A stretch of DNA of 37,526 nucleotides from Candidatus Aerophobota bacterium (GCA_030602545.1 JAUVZN010000002.1:1-37526); one strand, 5' to 3'. Positions 18,160 to 27,567 are shown, counted from the stretch's first letter. Notes: a model not told the origin generated them from the letters alone. A program made the numbers and translations.

Positions 18160-18957
18160 ATGACCCGGATAGAAGAAAAGCTCTATCAACTGAGAACCGA
18201 GGGTGAGAAGGCCTTCATTGCCTATCTGACAGCGGGATATCCGGATTTGGAGACTACCAGGGCCTTAATCCTGGAACTGGAGGCACGGGGAGTGGATGTG
18301 ATAGAATTAGGAATTCCCTTTTCTGATCCTCTCGCTGATGGACCTGTTATTCAAAAGTCCTCTCAATGGGCACTGGAGAAGGGGATAAGTTCAAGGAGAG
18401 TTTTGGAACTGGTGAGGAAGGTGCGTCAAAAGACACAGATTCCCCTGGTGCTAATGGGCTATTATAATCCCATCTTTAAATTTGGAGAAGCGGACTTTGT
18501 GAATGTTTCATCGGATGCAGGAGTTGATGGTCTGATAGTTGTTGATGTTCCCCCTGAGGAAGCTGGTCAGCTCAAAGCTGAGGCTGAGAGAAATAAACTG
18601 AATCTTATCTTCCTTCTTACCCCCGTTAGCTCTGAGGAGAGGATAAGATTAGTATGTGAGTGGAGCAGCGGCTTTATTTACTGTGTGTCCTATACAGGGG
18701 TTACCGGAGGGGGTGAGAAGGAGGAGGAGGCACTGGCGAGTTTAGTAAGGAAAGTAAGAACCCTTACCGCCACACCTGTGGAGATAGGATTTGGAATCTC
18801 ATCTCCCGATGATGCGAAAAGGGCATCCAGGATAGCTGACGGGATAATTGTAGGTAGTGCCATTATTAAAGAGATTGCATCTCATACCTCTCACCATAAT
18901 TTGGTTGGTAGGGTGGGGGAGGCGGTGGAGAAGCTAGTTAGAGCGACGAAAACATAA
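18160..18957 (+). CDS. trpA: tryptophan synthase alpha chain
   Basis: 265-aa ORF with ELGIPFSDPLADGPVIQ, YxNP, GVTG and VGSAI. The ATG lies 1 nt after the trpB stop. Confidence 0.95.
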   Translation: MTRIEEKLYQLRTEGEKAFIAYLTAGYPDLETTRALILELEARGVDVIELGIPFSDPLADGPVIQKSSQWALEKGISSRRVLELVRKVRQKTQIPLVLMGYYNPIFKFGEADFVNVSSDAGVDGLIVVDVPPEEAGQLKAEAERNKLNLIFLLTPVSSEERIRLVCEWSSGFIYCVSYTGVTGGGEKEEEALASLVRKVRTLTATPVEIGFGISSPDDAKRASRIADGIIVGSAIIKEIASHTSHHNLVGRVGEAVEKLVRATKT

Positions 18958-19065
18958 CTGTTCAGGAGGAAATAGGTTTGAGGAGATGAGTTTTATTCCC
19001 GCCTGAGATAGGGAAGAACTCTCTTAGGAATTTTGGCGGCAAGGATCTAGTAACTAAAAGGTAAC

Positions 19066-20001
19066 TTAGAAGCGAAGAGAAAGGGAGAACTGGTGAGTAT
19101 TTCCCAGTGTCTGGTTATAGGCGAAGGCATAGTCAAACTTAGTTCCTCCCTTTTTCCTTAGATCTCCCAGAGGGAAGTCAAAACCTATTCCCCCACACAG
19201 AGTCAAAAAGGAATCTTTTTGGAACAACATGCTTGTCCCCGCTCTCAGGGCAAAGCTGGGGGTTATCCACCACTCTCCCCCCAATCGAACATCCTTCAAG
19301 AGATCTTTCCCCGAAATATCGACGTCTAGAGCTAACAGAAGATGAGGGCTGAATCTATAGGCTGTGCCAATTTTTACATTCATAGGGATAGATTCTCTTC
19401 TTCCGGTGCTCCATCGGTTCACCGAGACTAAGTCCTGAACATTAACCCCCCAGGAGACCTTTTCCTTTCGCATAAAATAGGCCAGGTCCATACTGTACCC
19501 AGTGCTTCCTCCCCAGGGACTGGTCTGTTTGAGGTACTTCAAATTTACCCCCCAGGAACTGATTATTCTCCGGGAAGATGATTTGGAGGGAGAGATAAAT
19601 TGTCCGTAGGAATAAGAGAACATATCGCAGTCCCATCTCTCCGGCTCAAGATTGCTGGAGAGGTGAGCCCAGCTAATGCCTCCTGCTCCCATGATGGTGG
19701 GAGGTACCACCCAGAATAAAAAGTTGTAGGCGAGAAGGCCGAGTCCGTAAAGATCACTGTACATAGCTCCCACTTCTTTCTGGGTAAGCTGTACCAGCCC
19801 GGCTGGATTAAAAGTGGAGGCCCCATAATCGTCGGCAACTGCTACGAAACTTCCTCCCATTCCTATGGCTCGGGTACTGGCGGGTAGGGCGGTGAAACCA
19901 CTCTCAGTGACATGTAGATAATCGGTAGCCTCTCCCGGACTAATAACAGGCCAACCTCCTATAAAGAAGAGAAAGATGAAGGAGAGAAAGATTATTTTCA
20001 T
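19066..20001 (-). CDS. outer-membrane beta-barrel protein (PorV/PorQ- or FadL-like; family uncertain)
   Basis: 311-aa ORF with a signal peptide (MKIIFLSFIFLFFIGG...). It has a TRAIGMGGSFVAVADDYGASTFNPAGL motif, alternating hydrophobic strands and a C-terminal ...LSLRF ending in Phe. Confidence 0.6.
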   Translation of the reverse strand: MKIIFLSFIFLFFIGGWPVISPGEATDYLHVTESGFTALPASTRAIGMGGSFVAVADDYGASTFNPAGLVQLTQKEVGAMYSDLYGLGLLAYNFLFWVVPPTIMGAGGISWAHLSSNLEPERWDCDMFSYSYGQFISPSKSSSRRIISSWGVNLKYLKQTSPWGGSTGYSMDLAYFMRKEKVSWGVNVQDLVSVNRWSTGRRESIPMNVKIGTAYRFSPHLLLALDVDISGKDLLKDVRLGGEWWITPSFALRAGTSMLFQKDSFLTLCGGIGFDFPLGDLRKKGGTKFDYAFAYNQTLGNTHQFSLSLRF

Positions 20002-20023
20002 TGAAAAATTCCAGCCACATTCT

Positions 20024-20971
20024 CTACTTATATTCGATTCCTTTTACTTTACTTAAGTATTCTCCCACCATATGAGCAGCCAGGGCTCCCTCACCACAGG
20101 CTACTATAGCTTGCTTTAGGGAGTTCTCTCGCACATCACCGCAGGCAAAGATGCCCTCGATGCTAGTCTCCATATCCCTGTTTGTTTTTACAAATCCATT
20201 TTTGTCCAGCTCTACCAGATTTTCTACAAAATTGGTGTTAGGCTTAAGACCAATGAAAATAAATACTCCTGAGCAGGATAGATTCCTTAATTTTCCCTTC
20301 TCCAGCTCCTTAAGCAAAACTCCTTCAACCTTTCCTTCCCCATAGATCTTTTCAACTTTGGATTTCCAGATTATCTCTACTTTTGCATTGTTAAAAAGTC
20401 TTTCCTGAAGAATCTTTTGTGCTCTGAGCATTCCTCTTCGGTGGACAAGATAAATCTTTCTGGCAAATTTGGTTAAATAGAGAGTCTCCTCTGCCGCAGT
20501 GCTGCCTCCTCCAATCACAAGTATTTCTTCATCCTTAAAGAAAGGTGCATCACAGGTAGCGCAGTAGGAGACACCCCGACCGGTAAGCTCTCTTTCTCCC
20601 TCTACCCCCAGTCTTTTCGGCTTTGCCCCACTGGCCATAATTACGGTGTGGCTTTTATACTCCTTGCCAGACTCAGCGGTAATGATTTTTTTATGCTGAG
20701 ATAAGCGAATTCTTTTTACCTCTTCCTGCTCATGTTTCATTCCCAGGTTCTCAGCCTGCTTTTGCATTAGGCTGATAAGCTGGGGGCCAGAGACCCCTTC
20801 GGGGAAGCCAGGATAGTTCTCTATTCTTTCTGTGAGGAGGATCTGGCCTCCGGGGGCTAGCTTTTCCAAAACTAATCCATCCAGGCCCAGCCTCTGGGCA
20901 TAAATCGCCGCAGTTAAACCTGCTGGCCCTGCTCCAATTATTACCAGATCATAGGTTTTCATCTCAACCAA
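20024..20971 (-). CDS. trxB: thioredoxin-disulfide reductase
   Basis: 315-aa ORF with the FAD motif [12 protein letters not shown], the redox-active C-A-T-C-D ([11 protein letters not shown]), the NADPH motif [11 protein letters not shown] and GIFACGD. Confidence 0.92.
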   Translation of the reverse strand: MVEMKTYDLVIIGAGPAGLTAAIYAQRLGLDGLVLEKLAPGGQILLTERIENYPGFPEGVSGPQLISLMQKQAENLGMKHEQEEVKRIRLSQHKKIITAESGKEYKSHTVIMASGAKPKRLGVEGERELTGRGVSYCATCDAPFFKDEEILVIGGGSTAAEETLYLTKFARKIYLVHRRGMLRAQKILQERLFNNAKVEIIWKSKVEKIYGEGKVEGVLLKELEKGKLRNLSCSGVFIFIGLKPNTNFVENLVELDKNGFVKTNRDMETSIEGIFACGDVRENSLKQAIVACGEGALAAHMVGEYLSKVKGIEYK

Positions 20972-21128
20972 AAAGAGGCTCCAAGTTAATTGGGCTGATT
21001 ATACGACGCTTATTAGGCTTGTCAAGCGAAATTCTTTGACGGTGGTGATGCTCAACACTTTCTAACAAGAGAGCCTATTACTTTAAGAAAGTAAGAAGCT
21101 CTGGAGGGCAAGCAGGAGCACTCTGAAA

Positions 21129-22286
21129 TTATGGTTTTATGGTAGCTCGCATGCATTTCCAACTTTTAGCAGTTCTAAGAGCATCCATTACTCCTTCCTG
21201 GGTCAAATCAAACCAATGGGTTTGAATTTTCTGCCACGGGTACCTACCAAGAGTTCTATCAATGAGGGATATGGCGTCGGAGACGGTATTTGGAGGATAG
21301 CCTTTGCTTCCCAGGACTGTTAGATCTTTTCGCAGGATGCGGTGCCAGTTGGTCTCAACTGGACCTGCATCAGTAAAAACTCCCATTTCTACGTAGATTC
21401 CTCCACTTCGGACCATCTCCAACCCTTCTGGAATAGCGGAAGGCACTCCAGTACAATCTATAACAACGTCCCCACCTCTCCTGTTGGTTAGCTCCTTCAC
21501 CTTTTCTATTCTGTCCTCAGGAGCAGTTACTTCACTAATGTTAATGGTATAGTCTGCTCCAAACTCCCGACACAGACGATTCCTTGGCTCTTCCGGTGAT
21601 CCAATAACTATAATTTTCCCAGCCCCGGATTCCCTGGCTACTATCACACAGAGAAGCCCAATAGTACCTGATCCCTGAACTACTACAGTTTGTCCCAGCC
21701 CAAATCCTTCTCTGGCAAAGGGTATACCCCCTAAATAGGAGCGCTCTATTGCTCTAATTGCAGATGATAAAGGCTCCACCAGAGCCCCTATTTCAACTTT
21801 CCAGTGGTCCGGAAGTTTGAAGATATTGGTGTTGGGATAGATATCAAAGTCAAAGTACAATTCTTCACTCCAGGAGCCCCAGAGATGAGGAGGATTAGCT
21901 GCTCCTATGCGAGCGTATTGAATCTGCTCATCACATATGTTTTCCCTGGCTCTGGCTATCCTGCAATTGTAACATTTCCCGCAGGGGATAAGAGGAGGTA
22001 TGGTAATTAAATCTCCTTCCTTTAATTTCTTTCCGGTTCGGTCTTCTCTAACTTCATCTCCTAGCTTGGATATTACCCCGGAGAATTCGTGCCCCAGTAT
22101 TAGCGGCCACTCAAGAGGTGTTGGCCACTTACCATCCCATATACCTATATCTGTACCGCATATGCCGGAGGCCTTAATCTCAATCAAGCCTGACCTTTTA
22201 TGAACCTCTGGTTCTTTAAACTCCCTTATCTCGACCGGTGATCCAGGTCCCTCAAAGAGGGCTGCTCTTACTTTATTCATTGGCAT
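21129..22286 (-). CDS. zinc-dependent alcohol/polyol dehydrogenase (MDR superfamily)
   Basis: 385-aa ORF with GICGTD and GHEFSGV (catalytic Zn), CGKCYNC...C (structural Zn) and the Rossmann motif VVVQGSGTIGL. The second ATG at 22280 has better spacing from GGAGGT than 22286 does. Confidence 0.85.
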   Translation of the reverse strand: MPMNKVRAALFEGPGSPVEIREFKEPEVHKRSGLIEIKASGICGTDIGIWDGKWPTPLEWPLILGHEFSGVISKLGDEVREDRTGKKLKEGDLITIPPLIPCGKCYNCRIARARENICDEQIQYARIGAANPPHLWGSWSEELYFDFDIYPNTNIFKLPDHWKVEIGALVEPLSSAIRAIERSYLGGIPFAREGFGLGQTVVVQGSGTIGLLCVIVARESGAGKIIVIGSPEEPRNRLCREFGADYTINISEVTAPEDRIEKVKELTNRRGGDVVIDCTGVPSAIPEGLEMVRSGGIYVEMGVFTDAGPVETNWHRILRKDLTVLGSKGYPPNTVSDAISLIDRTLGRYPWQKIQTHWFDLTQEGVMDALRTAKSWKCMRATIKP

Positions 22287-22418
22287 ACCTCCAGATTCTA
22301 AATGGTTTTGATAACATCTTTCTGAAAGGGAAGGATGGTGAAAGAATGGCTGAAAAGTGGTTTGATGGTAAGAAAACCACTCCGGCTAAGGTAGGATTTG
22401 ATTTTATCTGAGTTTCTA

Positions 22419-22461
22419 GCTTACTTCCCTGGGGGAAGGGAAGTAAGCTCCCTCCCCCAGG
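22419..22461 (-). terminator. two overlapping, mutually exclusive GC-rich hairpins between tctC and the dehydrogenase gene
   Basis: GCTTACTTCCC (22419-29) pairs perfectly with GGGAAGTAAGC (22438-48). CCTGGGGGAAGGGA (22428-41) pairs with TCCCTCCCCCAGG (22449-61) with one bulge. There is no U-tract on the minus strand, so terminator function is uncertain. Confidence 0.35.
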
Positions 22462-22468
22462 CATTTTT

Positions 22469-23473
22469 CTACTTCTTTATGTAGCCTGCTTCAACAAAGA
22501 AACCTAGCAGTTCAACTACGGCTCTTTCCTCGTCCTCAATCATTTTGCCAAAGTCCCCGCCGATCCTTGGTGCAATAAGGGTCAATCCTCTCTCAGTTGC
22601 TTGCTTGATGTATTCTGGATTAGTGGTAGCCGCATAGAACGCTTGCTTCAGCTTAGCCAATACCCCCGGCGGAGTTCCAGCAGCAGCACAAATTCCTCTG
22701 GTAGATGCGCCTACTATCTCAATGCCTGTTTCCTCTTTAAAGCTAGGGACATCAGGAATTAGTGGATAACGCTCAGGCCAGAGTACAGCCACAGCCTTTA
22801 GACTCTCCTCAAACTTGAGCACATCGAAACAGTTTGATATCAACACATCGGTTTCCGCTCCCATTAGTGCTTTGGCTGCAGGAGCGCCTCCCTTATAGGG
22901 CACATAGGTGAACTTTGCTCCCGTTGTTTGTTCTATCTTATACATTGCTAGCTGATCATCCGATAGTGGACCGTCAGCTCCCAGCACCAGCTCTCCAGGA
23001 TTCTGTTTAGCATACTCTATAAGATCATTTACAGTGTTAAAGCGAGCATCATCCCTTCTCACCATGATGGTATTAGGATCGGAGATGTTGACGCCTACAG
23101 CATCGAAGTTTTCCAGTATTGGCTCAAATGCGGTATCTCTGGCAGCAGCTACTAGATTGATGGCTGGCATGTTGATAAATCCAATAGTGTAGCCATCGGG
23201 TTTGCTCCTGGACAGAGTAGTCCAACCTATCTCTCCTCCAGCTCCGGGTAGATTCTGTACCCACACTGACACTCCAAGTTCTTTCTCCAGATAGGGTATT
23301 AGCATTCGGGCAGCTGCATCGGTACTTCCTCCTGCTGAATAGGAAACAGTTAGCCTGATTGGGCCGGTGGGATATTCCTTCTCGGCTATAGCCATTCCGC
23401 TAAGGAAAAGGGCACTAAGCCCCAGAACCAGCACTCCGAGTACTATCAGCCTTACCATACTAAATTTCTTCAC
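22469..23473 (-). CDS. tctC: tripartite tricarboxylate transporter substrate-binding protein (Bug/TctC family)
   Basis: The mature protein has a signal peptide (LIVLGVLVLGLSALFLSGMAIA) and the Bug-family blocks SAGGSTDAAAR, NLPGAGG, VPYKGGAPA and DGYT. The listed ORF starts at 23521, but GTG 23473 (VKKFSM...) follows AAGGAGG. Confidence 0.85.
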   Translation of the reverse strand: MKKFSMVRLIVLGVLVLGLSALFLSGMAIAEKEYPTGPIRLTVSYSAGGSTDAAARMLIPYLEKELGVSVWVQNLPGAGGEIGWTTLSRSKPDGYTIGFINMPAINLVAAARDTAFEPILENFDAVGVNISDPNTIMVRRDDARFNTVNDLIEYAKQNPGELVLGADGPLSDDQLAMYKIEQTTGAKFTYVPYKGGAPAAKALMGAETDVLISNCFDVLKFEESLKAVAVLWPERYPLIPDVPSFKEETGIEIVGASTRGICAAAGTPPGVLAKLKQAFYAATTNPEYIKQATERGLTLIAPRIGGDFGKMIEDEERAVVELLGFFVEAGYIKK

Positions 23474-23546
23474 TTTAGATACCTCCTTTCTATTGAAGTT
23501 TGTGGTCCTTGAAAATCTCACCTCCCTTCAAGTATTTTTTAATTTC

Positions 23547-25058
23547 CTAAAGTCCCTCTTCTGAAATTACCTCCGTGGTGGCTCGTTTGTAGATTGACCA
23601 TCCCAGAGAAAGACCCGTAATTATCATAAAAACCAGGGCTATGGGACTGCTCATGAAAAAGAACAGTAAATTAGTCCCTCGGGCATGAGCAATAGTTATG
23701 GAACGAGCCAGGTTTTCCTCAGCCAGAGGCCCCAGAATCATTCCCAGGATAATGGGAACTAAGGGGAATTTGAGTTTTCGCAAGGCATATCCCAAAAGTC
23801 CCATTCCAAACATAAACCCTACATCAATAAGACTGCAGCGGATAGCATAAGAACCAATTGCAGAAAGGACAACAATCACTGGAGCCAGAATCCCTCTGGG
23901 GATGAGCACCATCTTGGCCAGATATTTGACAAACAAAAAACCAAAAGAGGAGTAAAATAGTTCATTCAAGATCATGCTTAGCATAAAAGCATAGGTAATG
24001 GGAGCATGTTGAGTAAATAGCTTGGGACCGGGAATCAAACCGTGAATCATTACTCCCCCCAGGAGTGCCGCAGTGCACTCATTACCCGGTATTCCCAAGG
24101 TGAGCATAGGAATGAGGCTTCCCCCAGTTACTCCATTATTAGCTGCCTCTGGAGCAACTACACCCTCAGGAATGCCTGTGCCGAATTTCTCCGGGGTCTT
24201 GGATAGCCTCTTAGCCTGGTCATAAGCTACAAAAGCAGAAATAGTTGCTCCGGGACCCGGAACTGCTCCGATACCTATACCAATCAAAGCAGAACGTATG
24301 GAAGTCCATTTGAGTCTATATAGTAGTTTCCATCCCGGGAATATCCGTCCTATCCTGGGTACAGTTACCTGTTTTTCTTCTCCTCCTCTTTCTACCAGTA
24401 CCATAGCCTGAGAGACAGAGAAAAGCCCAATGAGAGCCACAATAAAAGGTATTCCGTCGTAAAGGGAAGCAAATCCAAAACTGAACCGCATAAATCCTGT
24501 CATGGGGTGCATTCCGATAGTGGCGAGTACTAGGCCCAGCAGGGCAGTAATCAACCCTTTAACTATGGACTTTCCAGTAACAGAGGCAACAATGGTGAGA
24601 CCGAATATCACCAACCAGAACATCTCCGCAGAGCGGAACTTTAAAGCCACTTTTGCCACTTGAGGAGCAGCGAACAAGAGGACCAGTGCGGACATAAGCC
24701 CACCGGTGACAGAGGCAAAAATAGCCAGTCCTAACGCTTTCCCCGCCTCTCCCTTCTGGGTCATTACATAGCCATCATAAACAGTAGCCGCAGAAGCTGG
24801 CGTTCCCGGTGTGCGCAGCAAAATAGAGGCAATGGAACCCCCATAGATGGCTCCACAATAGATACCTCCCAGCATGATTAGGCCCGTAGCCGGACTTAGG
24901 GCAAAGGTCATAGGTACCAGCAAAGCGATGGACATAGTGGCAGATATCCCCGGTGTTGCTCCTAAAAGAAGACCTGCGCTAGATCCCAACCAGCAGAAAA
25001 AGATATTATATGGGGTAAAGACGACACTTGCGCCTTGAGCTATGTTCTCCAGCATCAT
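23547..25058 (-). CDS. tctA: tripartite tricarboxylate transporter large permease
   Basis: 503-aa polytopic ORF with TctA-type blocks: GATPGISATMSIALLVPMTF, LLRTPGTPASAAT and LGIPG. Confidence 0.9.
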   Translation of the reverse strand: MMLENIAQGASVVFTPYNIFFCWLGSSAGLLLGATPGISATMSIALLVPMTFALSPATGLIMLGGIYCGAIYGGSIASILLRTPGTPASAATVYDGYVMTQKGEAGKALGLAIFASVTGGLMSALVLLFAAPQVAKVALKFRSAEMFWLVIFGLTIVASVTGKSIVKGLITALLGLVLATIGMHPMTGFMRFSFGFASLYDGIPFIVALIGLFSVSQAMVLVERGGEEKQVTVPRIGRIFPGWKLLYRLKWTSIRSALIGIGIGAVPGPGATISAFVAYDQAKRLSKTPEKFGTGIPEGVVAPEAANNGVTGGSLIPMLTLGIPGNECTAALLGGVMIHGLIPGPKLFTQHAPITYAFMLSMILNELFYSSFGFLFVKYLAKMVLIPRGILAPVIVVLSAIGSYAIRCSLIDVGFMFGMGLLGYALRKLKFPLVPIILGMILGPLAEENLARSITIAHARGTNLLFFFMSSPIALVFMIITGLSLGWSIYKRATTEVISEEGL

Positions 25059-25066
25059 TTATCCCC

Positions 25067-25495
25067 TTAAAACAGAATTCCTCTGGGGAGCCCGATTCTC
25101 AAAATATGCCAAAACAGAGTATATGTAAATGCGCTTACCAGTATACTAGTGGCCAGAATGTAGTACTTGTTTTTTATACCTAATAGATAGGTCATAGAGA
25201 GCAAAAATCCAAAAGTACTAACCACGAATCCAATCACACCTATGCAGATAATGTAGACTATAGATACCCCTACCAGCAGAATAATTCTGAGTTTAGGTAT
25301 TTTGCTCGCTCCCGCATTCCCTCCTTTTAATTTTAGTCCCCCGGTAATTAAAAGATGAAGGGAACAGAGCCCGAGCAGTATAAGGAGAACCTGAGGCCAT
25401 CGGCTTCCTTCAGCCGGATACGACAAACTCAATATGAACAGGAAACCAGTTATAGAAAGCACAATTAGCGCTGCTATCCTATCTTTGTTAAACAT
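25067..25495 (-). CDS. tctB: tripartite tricarboxylate transporter small permease
   Basis: 142-aa ORF with four TM segments, immediately upstream of tctA. Size and position fit TctB. Confidence 0.75.
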   Translation of the reverse strand: MFNKDRIAALIVLSITGFLFILSLSYPAEGSRWPQVLLILLGLCSLHLLITGGLKLKGGNAGASKIPKLRIILLVGVSIVYIICIGVIGFVVSTFGFLLSMTYLLGIKNKYYILATSILVSAFTYTLFWHILRIGLPRGILF

Positions 25496-25712
25496 ATCTT
25501 GACCCTTCCGCTATGCTTGGTAGGGGAAAAAAGTAGCTCTCCCCTTCTAAATCTTTTCCTGAAAGGTCAAACTCTACATTTACAACATACTTATCTCTTC
25601 TTTCCTTGTCAAATAGATGAATTAAGACGCCCCCCTTTTCATCACAGCGAAGTCCTTGTGCTAATCGTCGGGCAACTTCCAAAGAAAGTGTAGGGTTCCC
25701 GCTTAAAGCCAC
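25488..25712 (-). CDS. small hypothetical ORF (74 aa), possibly a gene remnant at the island junction
   Basis: GTG start with a TAA 12 nt upstream in the same frame. It overlaps the tctB start by 8 nt. No motif recognised. Confidence 0.25.
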   Translation of the reverse strand: MALSGNPTLSLEVARRLAQGLRCDEKGGVLIHLFDKERRDKYVVNVEFDLSGKDLEGESYFFPLPSIAEGSRYV

Positions 25713-25883
25713 CTGGTGAACCGATTAGATTTGACACTACCCTGCACAAGGAAGATGGTTCGAGTCCTATCCGGGTCCCCGAACCCAACACAATACGAAC
25801 CAACCTGAAATAATCATCAAAGGTCCCACAATCAACCTAACCCGGGACCAAGAAATCAAACGTTTTACTAGGAGGCAAAGACC

Positions 25884-27104
25884 ATGGAAAACGAAGGTAA
25901 AGAGCGCGAAAAGCAGACAAACGTAAACTACTGGATCCAGGCTCTACTAGGCTGGGGCGTCGGTGATCTTGTATACCTGATTGCGAAACTAGCGAAAAAA
26001 GAGAAACCTACTCTCAGCGGGCTAGTTTCTTCTGGGATGGCAGGAAGTATAGGGATGCCGTTGGCAGTTTGGGGAATCCCCAAACTACTAGAGGTGCAGA
26101 GGCAGGCTCAAAGAAACTCTTCTTTCAGGCAGGTAGCAGTCCCTAGCTATGCCTCGATGCTAGCGAGTAGTGCTCCCGTAGAGAAGACAACTTCCCGGGT
26201 GAAAATACCCCCATTCTGCCCACCAGCAACGCCGAGAACTCACGAAGTGAAGCACACTAATCCCAAACAGTATCCCTGGCTCGATATTCTTCCTCCGGGT
26301 TCTGTAACCTTGATCATAGGAAAACCTGGAAGCGGAAAAAGCGCTCTGGGCTATTTTCTCTTGGAAAGACTTCATTATCGAACTAGCTGCTATGTGGTCA
26401 ATTTACCTAAGAGAGCTCATCGAAACCTCCCTCTTTGGCTAGGAGTAGTTGAAAGCTTAGAGGAAGCTCCACTTGATGCTGCTCTTCTCGTAGATGAGGG
26501 AGCTTTACAGTTCTCGGCACGGATGAGCGCTAGCGAGAAAAACCGGAGACTCCTCGAGGCTATCTCATTGGCAAGACAGAGAAATCAAATCATCATCTTC
26601 ATCGCTCAGGAGGCAAGCTACATAGATATCAATATCGTACGGGGCCTGACTACCCTCATCGTAAAAGAGCCAGCCCCCCTGCAGATGCTCCTTGAGCGAG
26701 TTGAGCTAAAGCAGTTTATTCAGAGAGCGAAAGGAGAGTTCGAAAGAATAGAGGAAGATAAAAGATGCTGGGCCTACATCGCGTTCAGTCCCGGTGGCTA
26801 TCAGGGGATAGTACGGGTAGCTAAGCCAGACTTTTTCTCTGATGCTCTCAGCAAGTGCTACGCTCTTCCCGATCAAGAGACCGAGGACAAAGGAGGCCAC
26901 ACGTTATCAAAAGAGGAAAAGAAGAAGAAAGCCTACGAGTGGTATAGAGAAGACCATCTATCCGTGAGAAAAATTGCTCCGCGCTTAGGGGTGAGCAAAT
27001 CTACCGTGTCCAACTGGATTAAGGAGGAGAAAGAGACAAGAAAAAGGATGCATGACTTTATCACCAGACTAAGGATCCGGGCAGGGACATACATGGAAAA
27101 GTAG
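25884..27104 (+). CDS. membrane-anchored Zot-like P-loop NTPase with a C-terminal helix-turn-helix
   Basis: 406-aa ORF with AGGAGG upstream. Two N-terminal hydrophobic segments are present (YWIQALLGWGVGDLVYLIA; LVSSGMAGSIGMPLAVWGI). Walker A is GKPGSGKS (aa 146-153) and Walker B is LLVDEG (aa 201-206), followed by RQRNQIIIFIAQEASYIDINIVR, as in Zot/phage-assembly-type ATPases. The C-terminal SVRKIAPRLGVSKSTVSNWIKE is a classic HTH. Confidence 0.7.
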   Translation: MENEGKEREKQTNVNYWIQALLGWGVGDLVYLIAKLAKKEKPTLSGLVSSGMAGSIGMPLAVWGIPKLLEVQRQAQRNSSFRQVAVPSYASMLASSAPVEKTTSRVKIPPFCPPATPRTHEVKHTNPKQYPWLDILPPGSVTLIIGKPGSGKSALGYFLLERLHYRTSCYVVNLPKRAHRNLPLWLGVVESLEEAPLDAALLVDEGALQFSARMSASEKNRRLLEAISLARQRNQIIIFIAQEASYIDINIVRGLTTLIVKEPAPLQMLLERVELKQFIQRAKGEFERIEEDKRCWAYIAFSPGGYQGIVRVAKPDFFSDALSKCYALPDQETEDKGGHTLSKEEKKKKAYEWYREDHLSVRKIAPRLGVSKSTVSNWIKEEKETRKRMHDFITRLRIRAGTYMEK

Positions 27105-27127
27105 ATAAAAGCCTTTAAAATAAGCAA

Positions 27128-27202
27128 TTGGACTGTCCAGATCCGTCCAATTGGACACTTTTTGGACAGGAATTGGACATGGTTTGGACAGCCCGTGTCC
27201 AA
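27128..27202. repeat. iteron-like array of eight (T)TGGAC(A) motifs
   Basis: Direct TTGGAC copies start at 27128, 27151, 27162, 27173 and 27184, and the last four are spaced exactly 11 bp apart. Inverted GTCCAA/GTCCAG copies lie at 27135-40, 27145-50 and 27197-202. A perfect 12-bp palindrome, GTCCAATTGGAC, spans 27145-27156. Confidence 0.7.
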
Positions 27203-27567
27203 GTCTTAAATTGATATTTAAGATCGGAAATCGGTAACTCTCTGTCAGCTTCTCCGAGTGATCAGGGGGCAGAATATCGTCGGTTACTTCCCCAATTGGC
27301 CCCCAGTGCTATTAACCAGCCAGGATCTTTCACAAGAAGACCAAATTCGTAGTCTGAAAAACCGATGAAGGTCTCAAAAAGGCAGCTTTGACTAGATTCT
27401 TGGGGTGTACATGAGCGCCGCTCACCACCAGAACGTGGCCAAGGAGAGTTTCTGTAGGTAAGAGTTGACCAGTGAGTCTCTTTTGTCAAATCAGATGCCA
27501 GAGGAGAGACCTCCTGGAGAACAACAGGCATTCGCAGATGAAAGCCTGTAGCGGATCTTGCCTTTTA

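Noticed and set aside
27262-27531. 89-aa minus-strand ORF
   Set aside because: It has no SD and no motif, and it lies opposite a plus-strand terminator. Not annotated as a gene.
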